From the NCBI RefSeq assembly GCF_006345805.1, contig NC_043017.1:3782001-3846000 (forward strand): DNA of 64,000 nucleotides, in the 5' to 3' direction. The notes beneath the pieces were generated by a model. The model saw only the letters and a list, made by a program, of their open reading frames with translations, was not told the DNA's origin and ran no database searches. Position numbers and translations under genes: made by a program. Below are positions 46,123 to 58,729 of the stretch, piece after piece. Position 1 is the first letter of the stretch; each line of letters begins with the position of its first letter. Origin of the DNA: Octopus sinensis (lineage: Eukaryota).

Positions 46123-49100
46123 ATACATATATAGTTAGATAGATAGGTAGACAGACAGATACGCATGCATATATATAAATATATAAACAATTACATATAT
46201 ACGTGGAATCCGATCAAGCTCAGCGAAAGTCAGTAGTGGTGTCCCACAAGGTGCTGTGTTGGGCCCACTCCTCTTCATTATGTACATCAATGACATAATA
46301 GATGCCATCAAACATTCTACATTGAAAATCTTTGCAGATGATTCCAAACTCCAGAAGGCCCATAAACGGTACGGAAGACCAAGCATTCCTTCAGTCGAAT
46401 CTGTTTGCTGTGGTCCGGGCGAAAAAGAACAATATGCCTCTAAATGAAGATAAGTTTAATTTGATCTTCATCGTCGTAACCGACGGAGTGCCACGACGTT
46501 ATATATACACATGCTTATGTATTTGTATATGTATATATGTATTTCTTTGCAATCTGTATGTGTGTGAGTTTACGGCCAATCGAGAGAAAGAGAACAAGAA
46601 AGCGATTACGAATTCAAAGTAGTGCAACATATCGCTCTAAGTTCGGCCATTTGAGCCTCAAGAATGCCATATCTCTTCTTCCAATCTGCAAGTTGCTTCT
46701 CCACTTCATCTTTCCTCCCTCTGTATAATTGCTCCATACCGAGTTCTAAATGGTCGTACACATGTGTATATATTTATTTGTATATGAATATACGTATGTG
46801 TTTGCAATATGTGTATGCATGAGTGCGCGGATACTCGAGAGAGAGAGAGAGCAGGATAGAGATTACGGATTCAAAGTATTGCAACATACCGTTCTAAGTT
46901 CGGCCATTTGACCATCAAGAATGCCATATCTATTCTTCCAGTCAACAAGTTGCTTCTCCAATTCGCTTGTCCTCCTTCTGCTGGTTTCGCTGTCTGCAAT
47001 GCGTTGGGCAACTTCATCGTGTAATCCATCGATTTCCGCTTGCAGTCTGTCTCTTTCGTCCTGCACTTGGCGCAACCTAACAGAAAAATAGTAAAAATGT
47101 TTTGCTAAAGAATATTATTTATGCTATGTAGAGATTGATGTGACCAGCAGACACGGTTAATATAATAACAAGAATATACTAACAATATTATACAAATTTT
47201 GAAAAATAGATGAATAGCAACCAAAACGTCACACTTTCATAATATTTTTGTTAAGAAACTTAACGTTAAAGATATTTGTTGGAATTATATTTAATAAGAA
47301 GTTCTTCTTATACTAATAAATATATCAGTGAAGTTGCTTAGGCCTCTGTATATATGGAAAGAACAATATATATTTGTGAATAAATACACATACAGTGGGA
47401 AACCAGATGAGAGAGTCACTTTTACATGGTCGAATGTCCTACAAACCATAGCATCTAAATATCTGTATAATTGCTCCATACCGAGGCAATGGTCGTACAC
47501 ATTGATCAACAAAATTAAGACAGTCTGTTCACGAATGGAACTTTGGCGGGTTCAGTCTCAATATCGGACTTAGCAACAATAATCTCTAATGGATGGATAT
47601 TACCCTAGGTTTAGTCTTTCAGATCTTATCATCGCAAGTTCATAAACACAAGCGTAGTACACAATATCCAAACTTACTTAGTTATATGCTGGTACAGAGT
47701 TAAGTATAATTCATAAGCTGTAAGTAAATAAAGCTCTCTACAACTGTTAACTATATCCTTCTCCTTTGCACAATTTGGAGAATGGATATTTCTCTCTATC
47801 TGAATGAGAAATTCGTGTTTATAAATATTACGTTAATTTCGAATTCAGTTAATCCAGTGGATTTCGGAACTGACTATTTGTCCAATAGATAATAATTAAT
47901 TTAGAAAGGTATAATATTTTTAATAGATGGAATTAAATGTGTTCGCTTGAAGAACAGACTTTTTTTTTTGGGGGGGGGGATAACACCATCTTCTTAATGA
48001 TTTTAACGAAGACTTTTGTCACAAAATGGAATCCGCTTATAAAACCTTAAATGCATCATTTCAGAATAAAAATCTGCAGGTTTTCTACCTGCTAATTACA
48101 GTGTATTGATCCTTTCGTTTGCTGTCACAGATTTCGTTTTTTTTTTTTATTTCTTTCCAACTATTTGTAAATTGAGAAAATGAGGTTCATGAATTAATAA
48201 ATGAAAGTTAAAAGCTTTTAAGAATTGTAAACATTTTTGGTAATGTTGGCCAATCGAAAGCCACTACTATACGCATGACAGTAAGCCTCACATTGGGGGC
48301 ATGTTTACATAGTTACAAGCAAAACTGTAGTCTTCTGTAGTCTGCCGTGTTTTCGATTACGGATGTAACATTTCCACCACCGCAAACACCAGCACAATAT
48401 CTCGGCAAGTGTTTATTAATTCGAAAAGTGGGACACCACTAGCAATAAGTTGAAAATTATACCCTGTGCCATTTTTTTAAAATGTTTGCTGGAATAAATA
48501 AATCCTAAATTCGGATTCGGCCTGAAAAGTTACTTCAATAAACCAAAGGTGAAAGCTTTCACTTACTTTTAAAATATCCAATTCTGTGCCCACAACCGAG
48601 GAGATCCCAATTTATATTCGTTTCTTGGATCCTAAGGTCGGATTTAGCACGAAAAATGACATCAATAAACCAAATGTGAATATTTTCATTAAATTCGAAA
48701 AGGTCCACATGTGAGCCCACAACGGAAAACATCCGATTCCAATTTGTATTACTTTTTTGAAGCTATTTGCAATATTTACAGTGTTTTTATCAAAAGTAGA
48801 ATACTACTAAATGTGGTGCTTCATTCACCTCAGTTTAGTCTTCTCTCATTTATTCGAAAATGATAAAACAAAATGCTTGTAATTTACAGGGACTTATTAA
48901 ATTCTCTGTGGCCGACGGCCTTGTGTATAGTCGAAAAGTAATCTGCACCGGTGACCGATAGATATTTACAAACATATGTAATCAATTAAAAAAGAGAACC
49001 AAGAAGAAAGGAAGTGATAGACTCTAAGAAAACTACTATCTCTTGGAACTTGTAGGACAAATTAAATTAAACTACCATCTTTCCTATTCTAAAGAAATAA

Positions 49101-52100
49101 TATACAATCCTTGTGAATATATATAAATCATGTTGTACATATATAAACAGGACAAATTTAACTATTTCTATGAAGACTGAAAAAAATGGTAAACAGGCTC
49201 AATCGATTACACTGGAAAACAAAGATTTTGTTAATGGGGTAAAAGCAGGTATTTTAGACTAAATCGAAGATTCTGATTTCGAATCTGTACTCAGAACCGT
49301 TCTAACACGTCAGGATTTTGAGTTATGCACTTGCGCATGATTATAACTATACTTTTGGCTATGTATAAGCCGCATTATAAATGGAAGCGGTCTTAATTCA
49401 AAACTAAAGAAAATAGCAACAATAAAACAAACGATGAGTAAGTTCATTATTTAGTTTATCATGGCTCAGTGGTTAGCGCGTCGCACTTACGATCGTGAGG
49501 TTGTGAGTTCGAATTCCGGACCGTGTTACGTGTTGTGTTCTTGAGCAAATCACTTTATTTCACGTTGCTCCAGTTCACTCAGCTGTAGAAATGAGTTGCG
49601 ACGTCACGGGTGCCAAGCTGTATCGGCCCCTTTGCCTTTTCCCTTGGATGACACTGGTGGCGTGGAGAGGAGAGGCTGGTATGCATGGGCGACTACTGGT
49701 CTTCCATAAACAACCTTGCCCGGACTTGTGCCTGGGAGGGTAACTTTCTAGGTGCAATCCCTTGGTCAGTCATGACCGAAGGGGGTTTCAGCAGATAGTG
49801 CTGACGTATTGTGTGCAAATCTAGGACACGTGCATGTCGCTAACGAACAGAGATTGTTCATAGACTTGAGTAAGGTTAGCCTCAAAGCTGTGTTGTCACA
49901 CAATGGTAATGAAAAACCTTCCATTCCTGTGGGTCATGTTGTCGGTATGGAAAGAAACTTATGAATCGATAGAACTCTTTCTGAAAGGAGTTAATTACTC
50001 AGTTCACAAGCGGAATATTTGTGGTGATTTAAAGGTGATTTCCCTCCTCCTGGGACTGCAGCTGGGATTTACCAAAAATATGTGCTTCTTGTGTGTTTGG
50101 AACAGCCGCTTCGACAGCAATCGTTAAACTGCAAACGACTGGCCTAAAAGAGATGAGCGCATGGTTTGTCGGTGCAATGTGCAGCTTATGCCACTGGTAG
50201 ACCCGTAAAAGATCTTCTTTCCACCCCTTCATACCAAACTCGGTCTCATAAAAAAACTTCGTAAAAGCAATGACACACGATGGTTGTGGCTTCCAGTAAC
50301 TAAAATTAAAATTTGGTACAGAGAAAAGTGACGCAAAACAGAAAGCAGGCATTTTCATTGGATCCGAGATCAGAGAATTGATATCTGATAGCAAATTCAG
50401 AAGGAAACAGAATCCAGTTGAGCTGACGGCATGGGATTCGCAGAGTAGAAAACTATGCTGGTTTAATAAACATTCTACCAGCATATGAAAGAATGGGATG
50501 CCGAATGTCCCTTAAAATGCACTTCTTGCATTCTCATCTCGAGTTTTTACCAACGAATCTTGGTGTCCGTAATAATGAGCATGGTGAGCGGTTCCACAAG
50601 CATATATGTGAGACGGAAACGAGGTATCAACGTCGGTTCAATCGACACATGATGAGTGACTACTGCTGGTTCCTACAACGGGAGACCAGCACGATGCATT
50701 AGTGCAAGAGCAAGTAACTCAAGCATTTCTGAGCTGAGCAGATCAAAAACAACAGTGAGTATTCCCTTAACATAAATATACTATATACCATTATAATACC
50801 ATTTACCTTGAACATAAATTTACTATATGCAGGACGAATATAATAATTATTTACTTAATTATTCCTGATTCTAATATAGTATTAATATAAAATTATGCGC
50901 ATAACTCAAAATCCAAACGTGCTGCAGCAATTCAGAATCAGCGAACTCGATTTAGTGTAGCAGAGCACCGTTTGTTTGGGTAGCAGACTTTTTTTTTTTT
51001 TGCCCAGTGTTATCGAACTTCATTGGGTGTCTACATCAATTTGACCAGGTCCTGAGAAATTATATGCTCAACAAATTCAAGAGCTACAGACAACTGGAGG
51101 TACTAATTTGGATGCCGTGTTTAACACTTTATTCAATCTGAGTCTTGTCAACGGGGATCTCAGTCCACATAGAGTTAAAGTATGATACAATATATACAAC
51201 CTGTGCAGTGGATGTCTTCTGTTAGTGGACAGTATTCGCAAAACAAGTGGTATCATTCGTTATTAGCTTTCTAAAACATCTAAAGCAGATTGAATTTTTT
51301 AATGTCTGAAATGCAAGGCATCACCTCCTGCAACAGGTCGTAAAAATTCTTGGAACTGGATTCAACAGATCACTGATAAATTCAAATCAGCCAACATCTT
51401 TCAATGTCGCTAGTTGTCGGTGGTATGAGTGGGTCAAGTGTCGTTGACACTGAATTACACTACAGTAGCTTCTTTATTGTTTAGCCATCACAGGTTTGGT
51501 TCGACACAATTTCCCTATTTCTCAATTTAAAAAACCTTTTCCCCGCTTGAGTCTTCACTAATATTTCCTAAATCAACCAGTTCGAGAAAACACATTTTTG
51601 ACGACAGAAATATTATCTTTTATGTTCATACACTATGTTAATTTATTCAGACATTATCATCGTCTTGATGGCTCGTTTTGTAAATCATACAGTAGTATTG
51701 ACATTAGAACCGTGGGGTGATGCAGAGAGAATGATTTCACAAGTCAAGAGTAAGTCTGTTTATTGGAGGCTTAGTTAAACGTATCAGGGGTTTAAGTTGT
51801 ATCTTAGCTTTACACAGACTAGAAATCATTCATAATAATACCCACAGGGGACTAATTGAATAAAGCAATCACTTTAGATTAACTTGCACTCTAAATGAAA
51901 GCTAGGGTGGCTAGCAATTTCATTATATCAATTTAAACTTGAACCTTATCGATAGATATGTCCGACTTAGTCTCACATGTTTTTCATCTGGACGTTGCCA
52001 ATTTAGCTGAATCCGTTTAATATGTCTTTGTGAGATGTCTCTCAACCACTTTCTTGCTTGTTGTTCTAAACGTCGAGCTGTATAAAGATTCTTTTCAAAA

Positions 52101-52874
52101 ATGTAGAACCCTCCAGTTCTATATATTTAAACAATATGAGAATGGCACGGGAGGTTTTGTTCTGCAACGCGGACCAAGCAATATTTCTGTGCTTTGTAGT
52201 GGTATATTAATTGTTGCAAATCTTAAATTTTTAAGTGCTAAATGCCTAAAAATAATGTTCAGATTCACTTAAGACAGGATATGGAGAAAGAGACTTAAAA
52301 GGAAATGAGAGTAGCTTAATTAAATGGCCGCATCTTTAAGATAAACGTTTATGATGCGTAGAAGTTTCAAACGACTTAATAAAGGAGCGGGAAAATTAAC
52401 GGAAAATTTTACTTACTGTTCAGTCAAATCTTCGACTTCTTCTTCAAGCGATTCATTCTTGGACTTTACAGCTGCAAGTTCCTTATCCTTGTCTTCGATG
52501 ATTCCTTTTAAGTCCTCCAGCTGCTCTTGGTATGATATTTTGATCACATCAATGTTAAATTCAACTTGAGATCTATTTAAGAGTTCCTTAAGATGTTTAT
52601 TCTCAGCCTCCAGCATACGTGTTTTTTCAAGGAATTCGGCAAGTTTGCAATTCAAACCTTGCAGATCTTTCTTTTCCTTTTGGCTGCTATTTTTCATTTC
52701 AGCAACACTTCTTTGGGAAGATTGTGCTGCCACTCCAGAGGCCAGAGAAATTGGTGCAGCACGGACATTAGTTGCCATAGACATACCATATTGAGACCCC
52801 ATACGAATACTACTCCTTGGACCTCTTCTACTCCTTCGAGTTGTTTTGCTGGTTTTTGTGCTAACTTGACTCAT
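34204..52874 (-). CDS. Cytoplasmic intermediate filament protein gene C, 11 exons, about 563 aa
   Basis: Exons 52874-52417, 47076-46890, 44972-44877, 44160-43996, 42812-42693, 41226-41006, 39914-39835, 36868-36765, 36342-36229, 34878-34768, 34239-34204. All introns are GT-AG and the frame is open (1692 nt); ends ...IKSNA*. Confidence 0.92.
34768..34878 (-). CDS. IF gene C exon 10
   Basis: [37 protein letters not shown]. Confidence 0.88.
35654..36043 (-). mobile_element. SINE family 2a in gene C intron 9
   Basis: TSD CCATATAACT at 35644-35653 and 36046-36055; empty site in gene D at about 63241-63250. Confidence 0.9.
36229..36342 (-). CDS. IF gene C exon 9
   Basis: [38 protein letters not shown]. 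Confidence 0.88.
36765..36868 (-). CDS. IF gene C exon 8
   Basis: [34 protein letters not shown]. Confidence 0.88.
37584..37678 (+). ncRNA. Type I hammerhead ribozyme, copy 1
   Basis: cagatagTTTTGG-CTGACGA-GCTA-(42 nt)-TAGC-GAAA-CAATTG-TC|CCAAAAtaatctg; all core residues present; predicted cleavage after C37665. Confidence 0.85.
38118..38213 (+). ncRNA. Type I hammerhead ribozyme, copy 2
   Basis: Same as copy 1 with loop II one T longer; predicted cleavage after C38200. Confidence 0.85.
38776..38820 (-). ncRNA. Type I hammerhead-like motif (variant core)
   Basis: CACACG-CCGATGA-T-GGGT-CAAT-ACCC-T-GAAA-CTCGAG-TC|CGTGTG; perfect 6-bp stem I and palindromic stem III; U4 is C. Confidence 0.65.
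39020..39536 (+). mobile_element. Mariner transposase 3' relic with right TIR
   Basis: [16 protein letters not shown]...[15 protein letters not shown] (DD34D-type C-terminus); ends ...gacctcgTA. Confidence 0.8.
39835..39914 (-). CDS. IF gene C exon 7
   Basis: [26 protein letters not shown]. Confidence 0.85.
41006..41226 (-). CDS. IF gene C exon 6
   Basis: 221 nt; ...[21 protein letters not shown]. Confidence 0.95.
42693..42812 (-). CDS. IF gene C exon 5
   Basis: 120 nt; protein identical to B exon 5. Confidence 0.85.
43996..44160 (-). CDS. IF gene C exon 4
   Basis: 165 nt; one amino acid difference from B (L/Q). Confidence 0.9.
44877..44972 (-). CDS. IF gene C exon 3
   Basis: 96 nt; identical to B. 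Confidence 0.92.
45440..45715 (+). mobile_element. RTE-like reverse transcriptase relic
   Basis: [38 protein letters not shown]. Confidence 0.7.
46203..46498 (+). mobile_element. CR1/L2-like reverse transcriptase relic with 3' tail
   Basis: [20 protein letters not shown]...KIFADDSKL; tail tcgtcgtaaccgacggagtgc. Confidence 0.8.
46604..46762 (-). pseudogene. Degenerate partial duplicate of IF exon 2 (pseudo-exon)
   Basis: Encodes [23 protein letters not shown]; donor GT mutated to AT; adjoined by a fragment of intron 1 (46721-46762 matches 47463-47500). Confidence 0.75.
46890..47076 (-). CDS. IF gene C exon 2
   Basis: 187 nt; [17 protein letters not shown]...GQMAELRT|GTATGT. Confidence 0.9.
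49210..51009 (+). mobile_element. Chapaev3-type (CMC) DNA transposon relic
   Basis: CACTGG...CCAGTG termini with long imperfect TIRs and a TTA target duplication; transposase remnants [28 protein letters not shown] and [12 protein letters not shown]...EHGERFH...MMSDYCW. Confidence 0.85.
49460..49790 (+). mobile_element. SINE family 3 inserted in the Chapaev3 element
   Basis: A-box TGGCTCAGTGG, B-box AGTTCGAATTCC. Confidence 0.85.
52417..52874 (-). CDS. IF gene C exon 1
   Basis: 458 nt; two amino acid differences from B exon 1. Confidence 0.93.
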
Positions 52875-52990
52875 ATTTGTTGTTGTTATTCAAATACTGC
52901 AATGGAATAAGAAACTTTTCACTGTATGGGAAAAGAACGGGACACTGAGAAAATTCTGCAGAACGATTTACAACCTGCTTTCCGACACTG

Positions 52991-53027
52991 CGAAGTGACC
53001 AAGTCTAAGGCGTTCTCCTGTTTTATA
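52991..53027 (-). promoter_or_regulatory. TATA box and initiator of gene C
   Basis: TATAAAA at 53027-53021 with a TCACTT Inr-like motif 31 nt downstream. Confidence 0.65.
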
Positions 53028-53953
53028 TGTGCCAAAGAAGAGTTGTAGTGAGAGTGCAAATGGTGGGAGGGACTTATTGATAGAGAAAGAGAAGTGGGGA
53101 TAGATAAAGAGAGAGATGAAGGAGAACAAAAAGTGAGAGTAGAGTAATAGTGGGAGATGCACTGTGTAGGACATATAATATGACAAAAAAGTTGTTTTTT
53201 TCCCTTTCTTTAATATTTCATTCACCCTCATACACTTGCTTAAAAGACTAATGTAAAGAAATGTACGGTTGACAAGAAAGAAATGTAAAGCGAAAGAATA
53301 AAAGAAATTGTGTAAGTAGCACATCTTCACGCTTCAGTTAACTCTAGGCATAATCGCAATACATCCTCAGCCAGCCACACACCTATAAAGGTAGATCGAG
53401 TTGCCGTCACACAGAACATACTTTGTGCATACATTCTTTTGCAAACAATCCAGTTTCTTTTTGAACAATAAACTATATTTATCGTTACCCATATTTCACC
53501 ATGATGTCTTTTGTCAAGAGTGATTGACAAAAGTTAGAACCTCAATAGAATAATGCCTGGTTGTATTTAGCTACATCGCCTTACAATCTCAGTTCAAATC
53601 CCACTGGTATTTGACAAAACATACTATGAGTGGGTGGTAGACAATCTGTCACTCATTTTAACATTACGACTTGACCATTCGGAGTAACTTTTGGTGAAGT
53701 ACGTTCAGTAGCCCGTATTCGAGTAAGGAACCATGGCAGATGAAAAACTGCCCCGATAAGTTTCACAAACTCCAGGATAGGTAACGTACATGGATATTCT
53801 TCCTCTGATTAATTATATGAAATTAATTATATAAATAGAGAATAAAATAAAGAGTAAAATATCTTTATGTTTATAAATTCGAAAAATACTGTCTCCCTCA
53901 AAATTTCACTAGTACTTTGACAATAACTGCAGGCATTATTACATTTGTCATAT

Positions 53954-54170
53954 AAGGCGGCGAGCTGGCATAATCGTTAGCACGCCGGGAGAAATTCTTA
54001 TCCGTATTTCGTCTTCCGCTGTATTCCGAGTTCAAATTCCGCTGAGGTCGACTTTGCCTTTCATTCTTTCGGGGTCGATAAGTTAAGTGGTAGTTGAACA
54101 ATGGGGTCGATGTAATCGACACATTCCATTACCCAAAACAGATGCCTTTGTGGCAAAATTAGAGACCATT
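53954..54170 (+). mobile_element. SINE-like family 4
   Basis: Family 4 sequence. Confidence 0.75.
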
Positions 54171-54850
54171 ATTATTTGTGTTATAAACAGTGAATATCTA
54201 GAAACACCAAGGCTCTGAAAGATGATTTGTAGCATTTAGTTAAGTTCTATTTACTGAACGTAACTTTTATATACTGAACGTTCACTGAAGATTCAATTTC
54301 CCAGAGGTCTAAAAATATATGCTTAGCAGAACCTTTCCAATAAAAATACAAAGAGTTATTAATTATAATACAGTATCTTCATCGTCGCACGACGTGAACC
54401 CAGCAAAGCCACCGCATGTATATATGTATGAATGTATGTATAATGCACAAATGTAATTCTTTTTCCCCAAATAATTTGCACTTCATATTCAAGGCTCCCA
54501 TGAAGCTACAGGTTGCTACTCAGACACTCAACTACGAGTCCACTGAATCATATAGCAGAAAGGGCTGTAAACAAATGTAGATCATAAATGACATAACCAT
54601 TGATGATCCCGGGTCATCACCTGTATATATATATATATATAAAGCCATGTTGAATCGCTAGCTTCTGCACGCATTTTTTTCTCTCCTTGTTTCTCTCCGT
54701 GTTTCTTTTCTGTGTATCTTTCCTTTGAAGAGCGTAGGCTCGAAACGTAAAAGACTTGTTTTATTTATATTCCTGAGCGCCATACTAATACAATTGTTTG
54801 TTTGTACTCCACCTGCCTTCGTCTTTTGTCTATTTTCATAAAGCTTCCCG

Positions 54851-54897
<47 letters not shown>

Positions 54898-55420
54898 TTT
54901 GAGGGAATATTAATCCTAATTTACAGGGAAAAATTCAATTTAGAAATGCTAAATCAAATTTCACACAATATAATATATATAAAAAATTTAAAAAAAAAAA
55001 CACCTTTTATCAATTCAAAATGAACAATTAATTAACACCATCCAGAAAATTACATATAATAGAAATATTAAAATTAAACTAACAATAATATACCGATGAT
55101 TAAGTAAATTGCAAAAAATATATAAAAACATATATATATATAATGCATACACACATATATGTATGTATATATATACATATATGCATACATATATATATAT
55201 GTGTGTGTGCGCGTGTGTGTGTGTGTGTGTATGTGTATAATACACACATACACACATATAATATATATGTATATATATATATATACATAGAGAGAGAGAT
55301 GCATGTATGTATGTATACACACACAGACACATATATATATATACATACATTACATGCATATAATTATATATGGGTATACATATATATATGCATATATATA
55401 TATATAATATATATATAGAT

Positions 55421-55462
<42 letters not shown>

Positions 55463-55869
55463 GCACAGTTATGTGCGTGTGTTTAAAAGCGTGTGCAAAT
55501 GAACTAAATACTTGTGGAGCTATGCCATTCTATTGGTCTGTATCACTCTCTCCTCTCCACGCCTGTGCGTGTGTGCTTTTGTGTGTGAGCGTATCTGACT
55601 GCAAGTTCATTACATGCGTAAACCTGATTATTTATGGGTGTGTACACGTATGTATTTATATGTTTTATATATGAAATACATTAGTGCGTGTGAGTGTTTA
55701 TTCGTTCTTCACGTGAATACGTCGGAGCGATTTGGTTCCATGTTTGATTTCCATGAAGAAATTGGCCTCCTTTTATTTGTTTTTTTTTATGAAAAATAAA
55801 TATTTCTTTATAAATAAATGCATACATATTGGCTAAACTGGCAAAATGACCATTCCGAAAGATAAAAAT

Positions 55870-55900
<31 letters not shown>

Positions 55901-55902
<2 letters not shown>

Positions 55903-56083
55903 CTAAGCAATAAAGGGTTTAGCAACGAATTGCCTTACCACATACCGAATTTAGAAATAGCAGTCAAAGAGTTATAGCTATTTCTTCTACTAAAAAGAAG
56001 AAATAGCTATAACTCTTTGACTGCTATTTCTAAATTCGGTATGTGGTAAGGCAATTCGTTGCTAAACCCTTTATTGCTTAGTA
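55901..56083. repeat. Perfect 88-bp inverted repeat (7-nt spacer) in a (TA)n-flanked element
   Basis: 55901-55988 is the exact reverse complement of 55996-56083. Confidence 0.92.
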
Positions 56084-56179
56084 TTACTTAAATTTTCCTC
56101 GAATGAGGCTTTTACATGCCGAAGACTACTTGGTGTAATTGATAATTATTCCAAATTAATTAATTTCACCCTTCATTAT

Positions 56180-56216
<37 letters not shown>

Positions 56217-56294
56217 AGAGTAAACACATAAATGTGAAACAAGGTGGAAAAAAGAGTACACAAATACCAGTGGTAGAGTAATAGAGTAATATGC

Positions 56295-56370
56295 TTATTT
56301 AAAGCAGCAGAAAATTCAACAAAATTCTCAGAGTAACAGGTTTTGTTGAATTTTCTGCTGCTTTAAATAA
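56295..56370. repeat. 30-bp perfect inverted repeat (16-nt spacer)
   Basis: 56295-56324 pairs with 56341-56370. Confidence 0.88.
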
Positions 56371-56371
56371 A

Positions 56372-57430
<1,059 letters not shown>

Positions 57431-57439
57431 CCGAGTCGG

Positions 57440-57595
57440 GGCTAACATAGAGGTGACAAACAAATACAGACAAAGGGATTAAGTCGATTACATCGACCCT
57501 AGTGTGTAACTGGTATTTATTTAATCGACCCCGAAAGGCAAAGACGACCTCGGCGGAATCTGAACTCAGAACGTAGCGGCAGACGAAATACCGCT
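57440..57595 (-). mobile_element. SINE-like family 4 fragment
   Basis: Family 4 core. Confidence 0.7.
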
Positions 57596-57681
57596 ACATC
57601 GACGAGAGGCACACTTGGACGTACGCACTCAAACACCCTTTCGTTTCAAAGAATAGTAAAGAAGATACTCCATTTAGGATA

Positions 57682-58089
57682 ACTCTCTTTTTTACTCTTT
57701 TACTTGTTTCAGTCATTTGACTGCGGCCATGCTGGAGCACCACCCTTAGTCGAGCAAATCGACCCCGGGACTTATTCTTTGTAAGCCCAGTACTTATTCT
57801 ATCGGTCTCTTTTGCCGAACCGCTAAGTGACGGGGACGTAAACACACCAGCATCGGTTGTCAAGCAATACTAGGGGGACAAACACAGACACACAAAGACA
57901 CACACATATATATATATATACATATATACGACAGGCTTCTTTCAGTTTCCGTCTACCAAATCCACTCACAAGGCATTGGTCGGCCCGGGGCTATAGCAGA
58001 AGACACTTGCCCAAGATGCCACGCAGTGGGACTGAACCCGGAACCATGTGGTTGGTTAGCAAGCTACTTACCACACTGCCACTCCTGCG
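57682..58089 (-). mobile_element. SINE family 1, full length
   Basis: Matches the other family 1 copies. Confidence 0.9.
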
Positions 58090-58233
58090 AGTGTATTCAA
58101 TATATTTCCCCTAATGCTGTAGACTGGGCATCTGGAGATTCCCTTAAACTGTTATCTGCCCTTCATGCCGGAAACAAAAACATGTCCCTTTCTTTCTCAG
58201 TCTCTCTATCTCTTTCTCTTTCTTTTCCCTTTT

Positions 58234-58708
58234 CTCTTTTACTTGTTTCAAGCTATTTGACTGTGGCCATGCTGGAGCACCGCCTTTAGTCGAGCAAATC
58301 AACACCAGGAAATATTCTTTGTAAGCCTAGTACTTATTCTATCGGTCTCTTTTGGAGCACCGCCTTTAATCGAGCAACTTGACCCCGGGACTTATTCTTT
58401 GTAAGCCCAGTAGTTATTCTATCAGTTTCTTTTGCCGAACCGCTAAGTAACGGGGACATAAACACACCAGCATCGGTTGTCAAGCAATGCTAAGGGGGCA
58501 AACACAAACATACACGCACACATATATATACATATATATACATATATACGACGGGCTTCTTTCAGTTTCCGTCTACCAAATCCACTCACAAGGCTTTGGT
58601 CGGCCCGGGGCTATAGTAGAAGAAATTTACCCAAGGTGCCACGCAGTGGGACCGAACCCGGAACCATGTGGTTGGTAAACAAGCTACTTACCACACAGCC
58701 ACTCCTGC
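58234..58708 (-). mobile_element. SINE family 1 with internal ~80-bp duplication
   Basis: The ggagcaccgcctttag...ctcttt segment occurs twice. Confidence 0.88.
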
Positions 58709-58729
58709 CACTCATATATATTTAAATGA

